A stretch of DNA of 64,000 bases from Antedon mediterranea (taxonomy: Eukaryota > Animalia > Echinodermata), in NCBI RefSeq assembly GCF_964355755.1, contig NC_092674.1:3410001-3474000 (forward strand), in the 5' to 3' direction. The notes beneath the pieces were generated by a model. It had not been told where the DNA came from, made no database searches, and saw only the letters and a program-made list of their open reading frames with translations. Made by a program: the position numbers and the translations under genes. Position 1 is the first letter of the stretch. The number at the start of each line of letters is the position of its first letter. Positions 50,515 through 61,847 of this stretch are shown one piece after another.

Positions 50515-51653
50515 CCAACGTTTGCAATATCATTATCATGAATTTACAACAGACATGTTTACATTTCTTGATTGAAAAACAAGACAAAAACACTTAAAAA
50601 CTGTCATTCCACAAATCGATTCCTTCCGATTCTATAATATTAATATCGATCAATCTTGCGATATTTAGAGAGGGCGCCCTCTTAATATTTGCTGCAGAGC
50701 CATTATATATAAAGGGTTACGACATTGGATTATAGTCACGTGATATGCAGATCAATTTGTGTCAAACTTGTCTCCGTTATTGCATGTAAAGTGTAGGAGC
50801 AAGAAAATACTTTAAACTTTTTCTTATATTTAAAAAAAATGTAACTGCACATTTTACGGTGAAATATCGATGTGTACAGCGTACAGAAGTACTTGCTGCA
50901 AAGAATATTGCGCGCGCGTGCGCTAGTACATTATAAAGTTCGATTGATTGATTTTGGAACGAAACATCCCATAACTACGTCTTATTAATAACAATTATGT
51001 AATATTTTCAATTCATAATTTGCATGCTTTGATGACTAGGCCTAAATAAAATAATAAAGTGTCGTGGATATATTTGTTAATATATTGAATAGGGTATGAA
51101 CAATATTAAAATAATAAAGGCAAATTATTACAAATGAAATGATGAACGAGTCTCTGAAAGTTTGTGTCAAAAACACACAGAGAGCCATATACTGTATAAA
51201 AAGAGGGGTGAATTTGTGTGTTTTTTGTATTGGCTCATGCTTTGATGTATCCTGACTTGCATGTAGGCCCTAGCATTTATTCTTTTGTTATTATAGACAC
51301 AATATATATACGTTACCAAATTAATACCATTAATAAAATTAATTACTAAAATAAAAACGGAATATAAGCGTTATTTCATAGACAAAAAAATCTAAAAATA
51401 ATGCATGAACTATAGGAAAACGCTATACAAAAGAGACCGCGCCCAAAGCGTGCGAATTCTTTGACACAAAAATGGCTTCTAATTTTCAATGTCGTAACTC
51501 TTTATATATATGGCTCTGATTTGCTGCTCACCTCTCTCCCTCTCTCTCTTAACAAAATGAACCAACGCGGTATTCATTTATCGGGGATATGATTTTGTTT
51601 TGCGTACTAAAATTATATATTTTAACAATCCTGTATTGAAAATTAGTTACGTA
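50515..51653. promoter_or_regulatory. Bidirectional promoter region of PDZD8 and FRG1
   Basis: Minus-strand donor at 50514 marks a probable non-coding PDZD8 exon 1; FRG1 ATG at 51654; perfect palindrome AGAGGGCGCCCTCT at 50669-50682. Confidence 0.6.
50695..51518. mobile_element. Non-autonomous hAT element (824 bp)
   Basis: ~32-bp TIR CAGAGCCAT(T)ATATATAAAG(G/A)GTTACGACATTG; perfect 8-bp TSD ATTTGCTG (50687-50694, 51519-51526). Confidence 0.9.
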
Positions 51654-53694
51654 ATGTCAGAATATAGCTTTGTTAAAGGTGGTAAATTAAAATTAAAAGG
51701 AACCACCGACGGGAAAAGGTAATTGTTATATTTTAAAGGTAGGCCAAGTATTGCAACGAATAATGCACAATTTGCAGCTTTCTGTACAGGGTGAAAGCCC
51801 ATCGTTAGAGGGTAGGACTTTCGTGGTGTACATAGCCTAGGATTAATATTAACTACTTATTGTTTCAGTTCATCGAAAAAGAAAAAACACAAAAAAAGAA
51901 AACATGAAAAAGAGGTGAAAGATTCTAGAGAGATAGAAGCTGAGCAAAGAGGTATGTACGTGGTGGGTTTAATACAGTAATAGTCAGTAATTAAGAAAAG
52001 ATATTTTTTGTCGCATAAAATAAAATTAAAGAACTGTACTTTACTCTCAAAAACCCATCTCGCACAGAAAAACCAATAAACTATGATTTTTTTTTTATTG
52101 TTCAGGTGGGTGGTGGCAAGTGTCACAAACCAATGAAATCACTGGGAATGTTGCCATAGAGATAGGAAAAAATGCTTACGTTTATGCAATGGACACTGGA
52201 ATGTTTACTCTGGGAGCTCCAAATTCAGATTGTAAGTAGAAAAGAGAGATACATTAACATATATTCTTCATAACAATTATTTATGTATCAAAATATTAAC
52301 AATGTTTTGCTTTTAATAATACTGTATGTTTTTAAAAATCTTTTGCATTAGAAATTGGTCTTAGAATTTTCACCGTCCTGTAAACTAAATAATATTTCTC
52401 TTTTACGTAGCCTCCATTGGTCCAGCGCCACCAGAGCAGTTTTCAGCGATCGCTATATCAGACAGAAAGATTGCACTGAAGTCTGGATATGGTAAATATA
52501 TATCGGTAAACGCAGAAAACCAGGTCGTAGGTCGCTCAGATGCTGTTGGTAGTAGAGAGCAATGGGAACCTGTATTTGAAGATGTAAGTATAGATTTGTA
52601 GACTGCTGCAGTAGGTCTATTGTACAGTTGGGATTTCAGTTCCTGCAAAAAAATTTACACATTCCTATGGTTTAAAATGTTATTTGATATTTATTATTCT
52701 ATGTATTGTTTTGTTTTTAGGGTAAAACTGCATTGCAAGGCTACAATGGCTGCTTTATTTCATGCAATAGTGCTGGTGATATTGTTGCAGTCAACTCTAA
52801 AGCTGGCCCAGAAGAAATGCTCAAGGTATGTTGGTGTTTTCTATATTTTTCAGATCTTTGATGTCATCATGTCTATATATGGACACATCACATAAAGTTT
52901 GATAGTGTAGACAAGGCTTTAGTTGACTTTTTATTTAAATGATATTTTCTGTGTTGTAGATTTATTCAAATAAATCGTTAGTAAAGAAACCCAAAAAATC
53001 AGAAGAGGAGGAAAGTGGAGATTTAAAAGATTGCGAGGTTGATTATGTGTAAGTTAGAAATATGGTTATTAATATGAAATATGATATTTAATAAAGGGTA
53101 AATCAGATATGATAAATACCCACTAAAAATGTATAAGAAATAATTTACTGTTTCATGTAATTTCCAAATTTTAACAGTCTTGTCACTAACAACTATCAAC
53201 ATTTTTAATTTTTAGAAAGAAATTTCAGAGTTTTGAAGATCGAAGGTTACGAATAAATCAAGAAGATAGTGGAAATTTAGAGCGAGCACGTACTACGGGA
53301 AAACTACATGAGGAATTACTAGACAGGTATGCATTCCAATTTATAACCAACTCACCATGCTGCATAAAGCTCTGTCTAGACTATAAAACTTTGTGACAAA
53401 AAAACGTGATGTGGCCGTATATGGACATGTCATATCACTACAATGTTTGGGCATATCACTACCATATTTGGGCACATCACACTTTTTTGTCACATACTGT
53501 TTGATAGTGTAGACAGAGCTTTAGAAATTATGTTTTTTACAACCATATTTAAGCTAAATGAACAGTCATATTGTAATTAACAAGAGTCACCCCTATGTAT
53601 CATTTGCAGTGTAGATTTCCATTATTTTATCATTCTCTCCTTGACTTGTTCTTTCAGACGAGAAAAGATGAAAGCCGATCGTTATTGTAAATGA
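51654..53694 (+). CDS. FRG1: FSHD region gene 1 protein, 262 aa, 8 exons
   Basis: Exons 51654-51718, 51869-51951, 52106-52231, 52411-52583, 52721-52825, 52960-53048, 53216-53326, 53658-53694 (789 nt). [35 protein letters not shown]-terminal KADRYCK. Confidence 0.95.
53368..53520. mobile_element. Harbinger/Tourist-like MITE
   Basis: TAA|AGCTCTGTCTA...TAGACAGAGCT|TTA. Confidence 0.85.
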
Positions 53695-53789
53695 ACATGA
53701 ATCCAACCGCGAGTAACTCACCAATTATAGGATGGATAAACTATTGTATAATTTATCGTGTTTATAAACTAAGTCTCATTGAGACTTAG

Positions 53790-53898
53790 GGAGTGGAGTT
53801 GAAAGAGTCGTGAGTTCCAACCTTGGCACTAGGTCATGATTGAACCCCAGACCTTGGGATTGGAAGGCAAGCATGTTAACCACCAGCTCCACTGCATC
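53790..53898 (-). mobile_element. Decayed tRNA-derived SINE head in the FRG1 3' region
   Basis: Minus strand GAGCTGGTGGTTAACATGCTTGCCTTCCAA...GGTTCAATC; no intact acceptor stem. Confidence 0.5.
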
Positions 53899-54076
53899 TC
53901 TACAAAATAGTTGCAATTTCAGAAGAGCAAATTAATGACTTAAAGATTTCTTTTGATAAGAAGTGGCCAGCCAGTAAACATTTAGTTCTGGGAAATTTAT
54001 TGTGTATTCTAGTTAAATGTACAAGAAATACATATACAGTATAAATATGCTGCAGGAACCAACCATAATGTAAAGA

Positions 54077-54211
54077 AGCTCTGTCCATACTATCAAACTA
54101 GACAAAAAAAGTGTGACGTGCCCTAATATAGTAGTGATATGACATCATTGTGTCCATGTTATGACACATCATTTTTTTTTTCGCATAAAGTTTGATAGTG
54201 TAGACAGAGCT
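54077..54211. mobile_element. Harbinger/Tourist-like MITE
   Basis: Same TIR family as 53368-53520. Confidence 0.8.
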
Positions 54212-54948
54212 TTATATGCTTAACTTAATACTTGTTCACACGAATAAAGGTATGAATAGACAGGTATAAAAATTAACATTAAGTATTTATCATTGTCGTG
54301 GTTTTGTAAATAAACTTTTTTAATACAGTAGTACAAATTATAATTCTGTCTGTGCCTTGTTATTTTTTATTATTCTCACTATAAATAAGATAATGCCTTT
54401 GCAGTGACTAGATTTAATAATCATTTGAATGTATTTATTGATCATGAAGATGATGCATTACAATGTTTCTTATCAAACTATTAAAAATGAAGAAATTCCC
54501 CATAATAAATATTCTTAATGTTTTTGTACGTAAAGTTTTACAACAAACAAGCTAATACTATATTAATTTTTATGGTAAGAATGGCATAATTTAATTTAAT
54601 AAAAAATTGCAAGATACAGCAAACTATCAGATATTATTAAATGTATGATATTTCAGATAGAAACAAGTTATATTATTATTACAGTACATAATTATAAATA
54701 CATTGAAAAAAAAAAAATTAAATGTAGGAATGAAGAAATTTGTATGTCTAGGATTCCTATGTCATCATGGCGATCTTCTTTTAATAAAGATTAAAAGCTT
54801 GTTTCCAGAAACAGTTTTTAAAATCTTGTGTAGCATCTAATTAAGGTAACATCCGCCTGAAAAAAAACAAAATAAGAATGCATTTAATCTGAAGTTATTT
54901 GTTTTTGTAACAAAAATGTTTAGTTTTATTTAAATCCCACAACTCACC

Positions 54949-57316
54949 TTAAGCAGTGCCTACATAAGTAGTTGCTTTTCCCGTTTTCTTTAGGACTTCA
55001 AGTACTTCATCTGATGTCATACTTGTCTCAACAAACACCTTTTTCTTTTCAAGATCCACTTCGAAGTTATCAATGCCTAATGAAAAAAAAAACAATCTTC
55101 TATTTACACATAATGGCGTTTCATACGTGTATTACCTTAGTTTGTATTTTCAGACAAAAATCAAAACGACGACGTGTGGAATGACATAAAAAAGACAATA
55201 AATACAGACTTGGCGCAAGTCTATCTTTACACATACAATTGTCCATAGTCATACCATAGTTGCCATTTCTGGCATTATTATGCTTTTTGGCATTATTTGG
55301 AGGCCCACGGCATCTGGCATAATGCCGCGGCATTATTTAGCCGTTTTTAGCATAATCTGGCATAATTTTGTGTTTTTTGAACAACCAAAAAAATAATATA
55401 CTGTAGCACAGAACAAAAATAAAATATTTTGTTAATACCTTACACAATATCATATCGTACAAAACAGATCTGTTCGGGTTTTCCGTACAATAGTTCTTCC
55501 ATCCTTTCGTTTCGGACTTAATCGACTCTTCGGATAGGAAGGCTGCTCGAAAACTACCGTGTGTGCGATATAGGCAGCACAACAAATCCGAAGAGGCTAC
55601 CTATTGGCCAATTATGTTGCTCTATTTCAGAGACCATGCAGGTTATTGGATCCCCAGATATAGAGACAATTGAACGAAAACACATTATGAAAGGGGTTTT
55701 GTTTTTTCAGTTCATAATTATAAGCGGCCACACCCCTCCCCAACCCTTAAAATGGCAATTTCCGGTAACTAGAAGCTCTAATTTTAAAAAGAATTTCTTC
55801 TAGAGAATCTGTTTTCCATATTTCAAATTATGTTCCATTTGCATCGTCGTAGCAACCCTATATTTCCAAATGTTCTTCACCTCTCAGTGACCATGATGGG
55901 GCGAGGTCCAAGGGACTCTTATACATTTTTATTTAAAATTAAGTGCAATTTCCGGCCATCTAGCAGCTCTATTTTTCCAATTTGTTTTACCTCAGCCCCA
56001 ACCATGGTGGGGCTGAGGTCCTGGAAACACTTAATATATATTTTTATTTCCTATTTTAAATTATAATTGGCACTTTCAAAACTATCATGGGCTAAGATCC
56101 TGGAGGTACTAATAAATTTATTTTATATTTGAAATTAAGTGCCATTTCCGGCCATTGAGCAGCTCTATTTTTTCAAATTTTCTTACCTCAGCCCCAACCA
56201 TGAGGTCCTGGAGACACAATTAATATATATTTTGATTTCCTATTTTAAATTATAATTGCCATTTTCGAACTATGGTGGGCTAAGATCATGGAGGCACTAA
56301 TAAATATATTTTTATTTCATATTTTAAATTAAGTGCCATTTCCGGCCATCGAGTAGCTGTATTTTTCCAAATTTTCTTATCAACCATGGTGGGGCTGAGG
56401 TCCTGGAGACACTCAAAATAATTTTTTTTATTTCCTATTTTAAATTATAATTTCCATTTTCTAATTATGGTGGCTATAAGATCCTTTCATTTTTTAAATT
56501 AAGTGCAAAGATCCCGGCCTTCGAGCAGCTCTCATATTTCAGCTCAAAAATTATAAATTTCCATGGCTGTAACAGGTTTTTTTTTTTTTAGGGTGGGGGA
56601 GGGGGGGGGGGGTGTTGGTGTTGGTGTCATTTGCAATTACCATTTTCGCACCCCAGATATTTAGAATTATTAGTTATTACTCACAAAACTAAAAATATAA
56701 ATTTTGTACGACATGGGGATACAATTTTAGGCCCTATTTTGTGTCAGTTGGGGTTTTACAAACGTTTATTAGACATATAACCGTTGGTGGCGCTGTTTAG
56801 GGTCACATTTTGGGGATCTGGCATTATTTTTCCCAATCTGGCATTATTTGAGACAGGATACGGCATAATTTAAATTTTATCGCTGGCAACGCTGAGTCAT
56901 ACCTTCTTTTTTCTTCAGAACCCTTTCAACCGCACCAGAACAACCTCCACATGTCATTTCGACTGTAAACTCGTATTTCTATTTAAAAAATAACAAAATA
57001 ACAAAACATTGTCAGGTAGAAAATTAATAATGATCAAGCCACCATATAATATGCATATAAATGTTAAATAAAATTCAATTAGAAGCAGTAGTAGCCCGAG
57101 TAGTAGTAAGTAGTAGTTGTAGTGTAGTAGAGTTATAAAATAGGTGACCACTATTAGTACTAAAAAAAACAAAAAAAGACTCCATCATCATGTCGGCATG
57201 ATGTTACAGGGCTGTAATAATCAGGCGAGCATGGCAAGTTTTTAAAACATCATCATCATCATAACTCAATAAATTACAATTTCATATTTTTTTTAAATAA
57301 AAATACTTACAGGCAT
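54949..57316 (-). CDS. ATOX1: Copper chaperone ATOX1, 69 aa, 3 coding exons
   Basis: Exons 57316-57311 (MP), 56978-56903, 55076-54949 give MPKYEFTVEMTCGGCSGAVERVLKKKEGIDNFEVDLEKKKVFVETSMTSDEVLEVLKKTGKATTYVGTA, with MxCxxC and KTGK motifs; another intron starts 1 nt after the stop. Confidence 0.95.
55255..56894. mobile_element. Probable non-autonomous DNA transposon filling ATOX1 intron 2
   Basis: Right end TGGCAACGCTG, degenerate left CATAGTTGCCA, clusters of GGCATTATT/GGCATAATT subterminal repeats at both ends. Confidence 0.5.
55925..56535. repeat. ~195-bp tandem repeat (3+ copies) with internal hairpin
   Basis: AAATTAAGTGCCATTTCCGGCCAT...ACCTCAGCCCCAACCATGGTGGGGCTGAGGT...TTCCTATTTTAAATTATAATT recurs. 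Confidence 0.8.
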
Positions 57317-57614
57317 GATTTATTTGTAAATGATTGTAAGCTTTGTGTACCGTACTGAAAAATAATAAAATAAACAATGGCGATCAGACGATCAGCTGAT
57401 CTGTCAGCTGACACGTATACAATACCACCTGATTGAAATGTCAGGTGGTACACCAGGAATCTAGAGAGGGCGTTTTATGTTTTGAACTGTTAAATCCACA
57501 CGTGCTCTACTGTCTTTATTTTTTTTTATCGATTTCTTTTTTATCGCTGTTGTCCAAAAGGCAAATTTATGTATTAATAATTATATTGGTATATTATTTT
57601 AGTAGTATATGCTT
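57317..57614. promoter_or_regulatory. Bidirectional promoter of ATOX1 and the SH3-zinc finger gene, plus probable non-coding exon
   Basis: Two CAGCTG palindromes, inverted repeat TACCACCTGA/TCAGGTGGTA, AGAGGGCG motif, donor at 57614. Confidence 0.55.
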
Positions 57615-58148
57615 GTAAGGTTCTTCTAAGGCTTATTTAGGCTAATTACTATTAGACTAGGCCCTAGTTTAGTTAGGCAGGGTGATGTCCCTGGTTAGAG
57701 TTAGAGGCCAGAGGCTAGTAGTAGTAGTAGTAGTAGGCTACTCTCTCCCCCTCTGACTCGGACACTCTCACTCTCAGAGATTTGCTTGTGTGCCACGAAG
57801 AGAGAGTACTAGTGTATTTAGATACAGAGACAGAGGGCAGGCCCTCGATCCACACCACATTATACCCTAGACTCCCCTAACGAAATCAAATACGGTGTAC
57901 AAACAAATAATGATTGATATTTTATTGTTAGCAATTTGATTTTGTTGTATACTGTGTCACGTATGTGTTAATTATGCACATGTTATGTAAAATACAAATT
58001 TGTAAAAAGGAAAGATCTGTAAAAAAGGATCGTCTCCAGTCGTGTGTCTTTGTAGGAGAAACTAAGACCATGGTGTTCCTGACCTATAAATCAAAAGTAC
58101 CTAATAAAATAAAATAATTTTTTTATACATATATATTTGATACAGAAA

Positions 58149-59718
58149 ATGATGGGAGTAAAAGAAACATCGAAACAAGGAGGTCGAGGATGGAGAGGTC
58201 GTGGGTGGAGAGGTCGTGGATTTCGTTCAGAACAGACATCTAGACGACCAGGGGAGGAAGCTGCAACCTCACCAAGTGTACAGAGTAGCCAGAATAATGC
58301 AAGAAAGCCAACAACAACTGAATCTGATAAAGGTGCACTGTCGTGTTTATTTTTTATTTGATTACCTGGTCGTAATGGGAAATTATAACTTGAATTTTTA
58401 TGCAACTTCTTGGAGCTTATTTTATATACATCAAAACACCCATCCATCTTTCCCCACTATATCCATCTTCACGTTTCCAGTTTTCTGATATTTTATGTAT
58501 CTGGCCCTTAAATAATGTCACTGTAACAGTATAATTATGTATGCCTAAAGCTCTGTCTGCATCAAACTTTATGTGCCAAAAAATCGTGATCCAATTATTG
58601 TCAAATAACTAATAAATGTGTATGAATGAATGTCAGATCACTACCATACTTGAGCACATTTTTTTTGTCAAACTAGTTTGAGTGTAGACAGAGCATAACA
58701 TAAGTTTCTTTTCTCAAGATCTAGTGCAATACCTTGTCAAGTATAGTTACCAAGCAAATGCTAAGAGCCCCTTAGGACTTGCAGAATTAACAATAAAACA
58801 AGGTCAAAAGGTTACATTTATTAAGAAACACTCTGAAAATGACCAGTGGTCCTGTGTCCAAGGAGATGATGGTCAAGAAGGATATGTTCCGTCCTCATAT
58901 GTCATGGTTAGTAATACTTAAACCACTGCTTAAGCTCTGTCTACACTATCAAACTTTATGTGAAAAAAATGTGATGTGTCCATATATGGACATGATGATG
59001 TCATATCACTACCATATTTGGGCATATCACTACCATATTTGGGCACATCACATTGTTTTTTGTCAAAATAGTTTGATATTACAGACAGAACTTTAACTAA
59101 ATACACTGAAATTGATGATGCAATGAATTGTTATCAGATTACATTTTTATGGGTAAAAAGTGTCTTTTATTAGTTTCCAAATTACTGTACTGTCTTTATT
59201 TGTAGTTCAAGACTGCTGCAAGTGACAGTTTATAAATTTAAATAAAATTTAAATTGACTGTTAAGAATTTATTTGTAGGAATTAGAAAGTAAACCATCGA
59301 CGTTGCCATGGTTACAAAACTCAAAGGATATGGAAGAGAAGACTGAAGACAAGTGGGGTGACTGTGGCTCGAGCAAACGTAAGCAACTGTGAAACAATTT
59401 ATTTAAAAAAAACAGTTGTGATTAAATTTTTTAAATGTAAATCAAAATAAATATCACTCAAAAAATATCAAATAAACATTGTAAACATTTTTTGTTGAAA
59501 ATTCTGTACAGTTTCTTTCCCTCTTTTTCATAGCAATTTTTAAACCATACAAACCAACATACAGAGAGAATGAGTATGATGTGCCAAAAGAACTAAACCC
59601 GTATTATTGCAAAATATGCGACAAAAAACTCAACGGAATTTCACCTTACAATGCTCACATGGCGAGCAAAGCACATAAAGAAGAAGTGAAATATTTAGAA
59701 GAAGTTGGTAATCAATAA
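58149..59718 (+). CDS. Uncharacterised 218-aa protein: RG repeats, SH3 domain, matrin/U1-type C2H2 zinc finger
   Basis: Exons 58149-58332, 58719-58906, 59279-59378, 59534-59718 (657 nt). GGRGWRGRGWRGRG; SH3 (YSYQA..ELTIKQGQ..W..EGYVPSSYV); YCKICDKKLNGISPYNAHMASKAH. Confidence 0.88.
58549..58694. mobile_element. Harbinger/Tourist-like MITE upstream of the SH3 exon
   Basis: TAA|AGCTCTGTCTGCA...GTGTAGACAGAGC. Confidence 0.75.
58933..59092. mobile_element. Harbinger/Tourist-like MITE downstream of the SH3 exon
   Basis: TTA|AGCTCTGTCTACACTATCAAACT...AGACAGAACT|TTA. Confidence 0.8.
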
Positions 59719-60444
59719 AGTGGGACTGCTTATATATGGAAAGTAAAAGAACACAAAAACATTGAAAACTAAAGAGGCATGGCATCTTAAAGTGCTTGGC
59801 AATATGGATAAACAACTCAATTCCGGGTGGACAGTATTATTATGGAAACCAAAGAATTTAGGAGCTGTATTATGAAGGAAAGCATGAACTTATAGTGGGG
59901 GAGGGATACAAGCACATGGCGTACTCTTCTTCATAAGAGTGTCCCATGCATACCGTAACAATAATATTATAAAAAGCTCAATTGGAAAATATATACTAGC
60001 AATTGAATGCTTGCAAACATAACGCACCTTTTGAGTTACATTATTGATATTGTTAATATAAATAATGTAAATTGAGAACAAAAAGTGAACCATTAATGAA
60101 GGAAAGTGGGGGTTTTGGTTTTGTTTTTAGGCTTTTTGAAGTAGTGTTGTACTTGAAATAAAATGTTATGTTACTGTTTTTGTGTGTTGATAATAAAAAA
60201 AACAGTTTGTAAAAATGTGCTTTTTATAATGTAATGCAATATTTATTGCTCAATTCTATCCATATAAACAAAATCAAACAATGTAATACAACAATAGAGA
60301 GGGAATCATGTGTCATTCTCAAAATTATTTGCCTATTAAATGTTTTCAATGCACAAATGCTTCAACATTTTTATTTAGTAGAAATGTGAATGGAATGCGA
60401 ATGCGTCGATAGCGCTCCATACGTATGGATCAAAGTTTGTTTTT

Positions 60445-61246
60445 GGTGACTACTTCTTCGCATGCAGCTAAAGTAAAATGACGTCACGTTAAAGCGTGTC
60501 GTCACAGAGTCTCATGCATATGCAAAAGAAATGTTTTCTCTCTGCTTCTTGATTGCGCGCTCATGATTTTACAAAATGTTTTTAATAATTCTGATATTGT
60601 TCCTGATAGCAAAGAAGCAGATTAAATATAGTTTTTTATTTGACCCATTTGGCTTAGATGCCTAGCTAGGCCTAGGCTAGAAAGACTTTCTATGATACTA
60701 GACTCCTCACTAGCGGCTTAACTAAAGTAAAATACAGTTTAGAGTAGTACCCACTACTAATACTATCACTTATCAGGCCTCCATATCCTCATTCATCGTT
60801 ACCGCGAGGCATCGTGCAGATGTACACTAACCCAGCATACTAGCTACACTTCCCACACACCCTAGCTCTAGCTAGGTATGCACGTGCGCTGCCACCTAGG
60901 CCTAGCCTATTTCGGGTCTTATGTCTTGCAGCATTTGAAAATACATAATACTGTACGTTATTATTATTTTGTATTCGCACTGGAAGTATCTAGGCGTTAA
61001 AATTAAATATATTATTTATTATCCTCAGCAGTGAAAACAATGCCATACTAATTTTAATTGTCAAAAACATGATCGTCAGTCGATGATGGGCTCAGGAGTT
61101 TCGATAAATCTCGCGTCGCGTGTGTGGTGTGGTGGAAAACACTCTCAGCAAGTTTGCTTCATTAATATGCATGAGACTCTGTGACGACACACTTTAACGT
61201 GAAGTCATTTTACTTTAGCTGCATGCGAAGAAGTATAGTAGTCACC
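60445..61246. mobile_element. Mutator-like MITE
   Basis: ~75-bp TIRs GGTGACTACTTCTTCGCATGCAGC...; 9-bp TSD TTTGTTTTT (60436-60444, 61247-61255). Confidence 0.88.
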
Positions 61247-61847
61247 TTTGTTTTTTGGTGGTGGTTTGGATGAGCTCGTTTTTTGGAACACGGAACACGT
61301 ACGTCGCAAACACGTTGGCCAGGCCTAGCTTGCCTATGTGGCTATATAAATGTAATTATTTTATAATCTGTCATCCCTAAACTAAATGTACGAAACATCA
61401 TTTTGAGACATTTATTACTACTTGGCTAGGCCTAGGCCCCTACCTAATCACCAGGCCCTCGCGGCTTAAAAAACTACATTCCTTTCGCCTACTAACTTTT
61501 ACTATATATAGGCCTAGCTGTAATTACACGTCTTGGCTATTTTATTACTATCTGGTACTACCTATCTGGGTGTAAACTATATAGAAAAGTAAGTTATTGT
61601 AGATTAGAATGTTAGACTGTGTTAGTAAAGTAAAGCTCTCTAGGCTAGGCCCTACTACCTAGGCCCTACCTAGGCCTATAATAAAAATAATATGACATTC
61701 ATTAATTAATAAAACTGTTTATTTTAGTAGCTAGAGATAGAGTAATTAAATTGTGCAATAAAAAATTCATAAAATAACTGTTTTTTGTCATTGCAGCAAT
61801 TTCATATACAGTATAACTAATTTTACAGGTGAAATACTTTATAGAGG

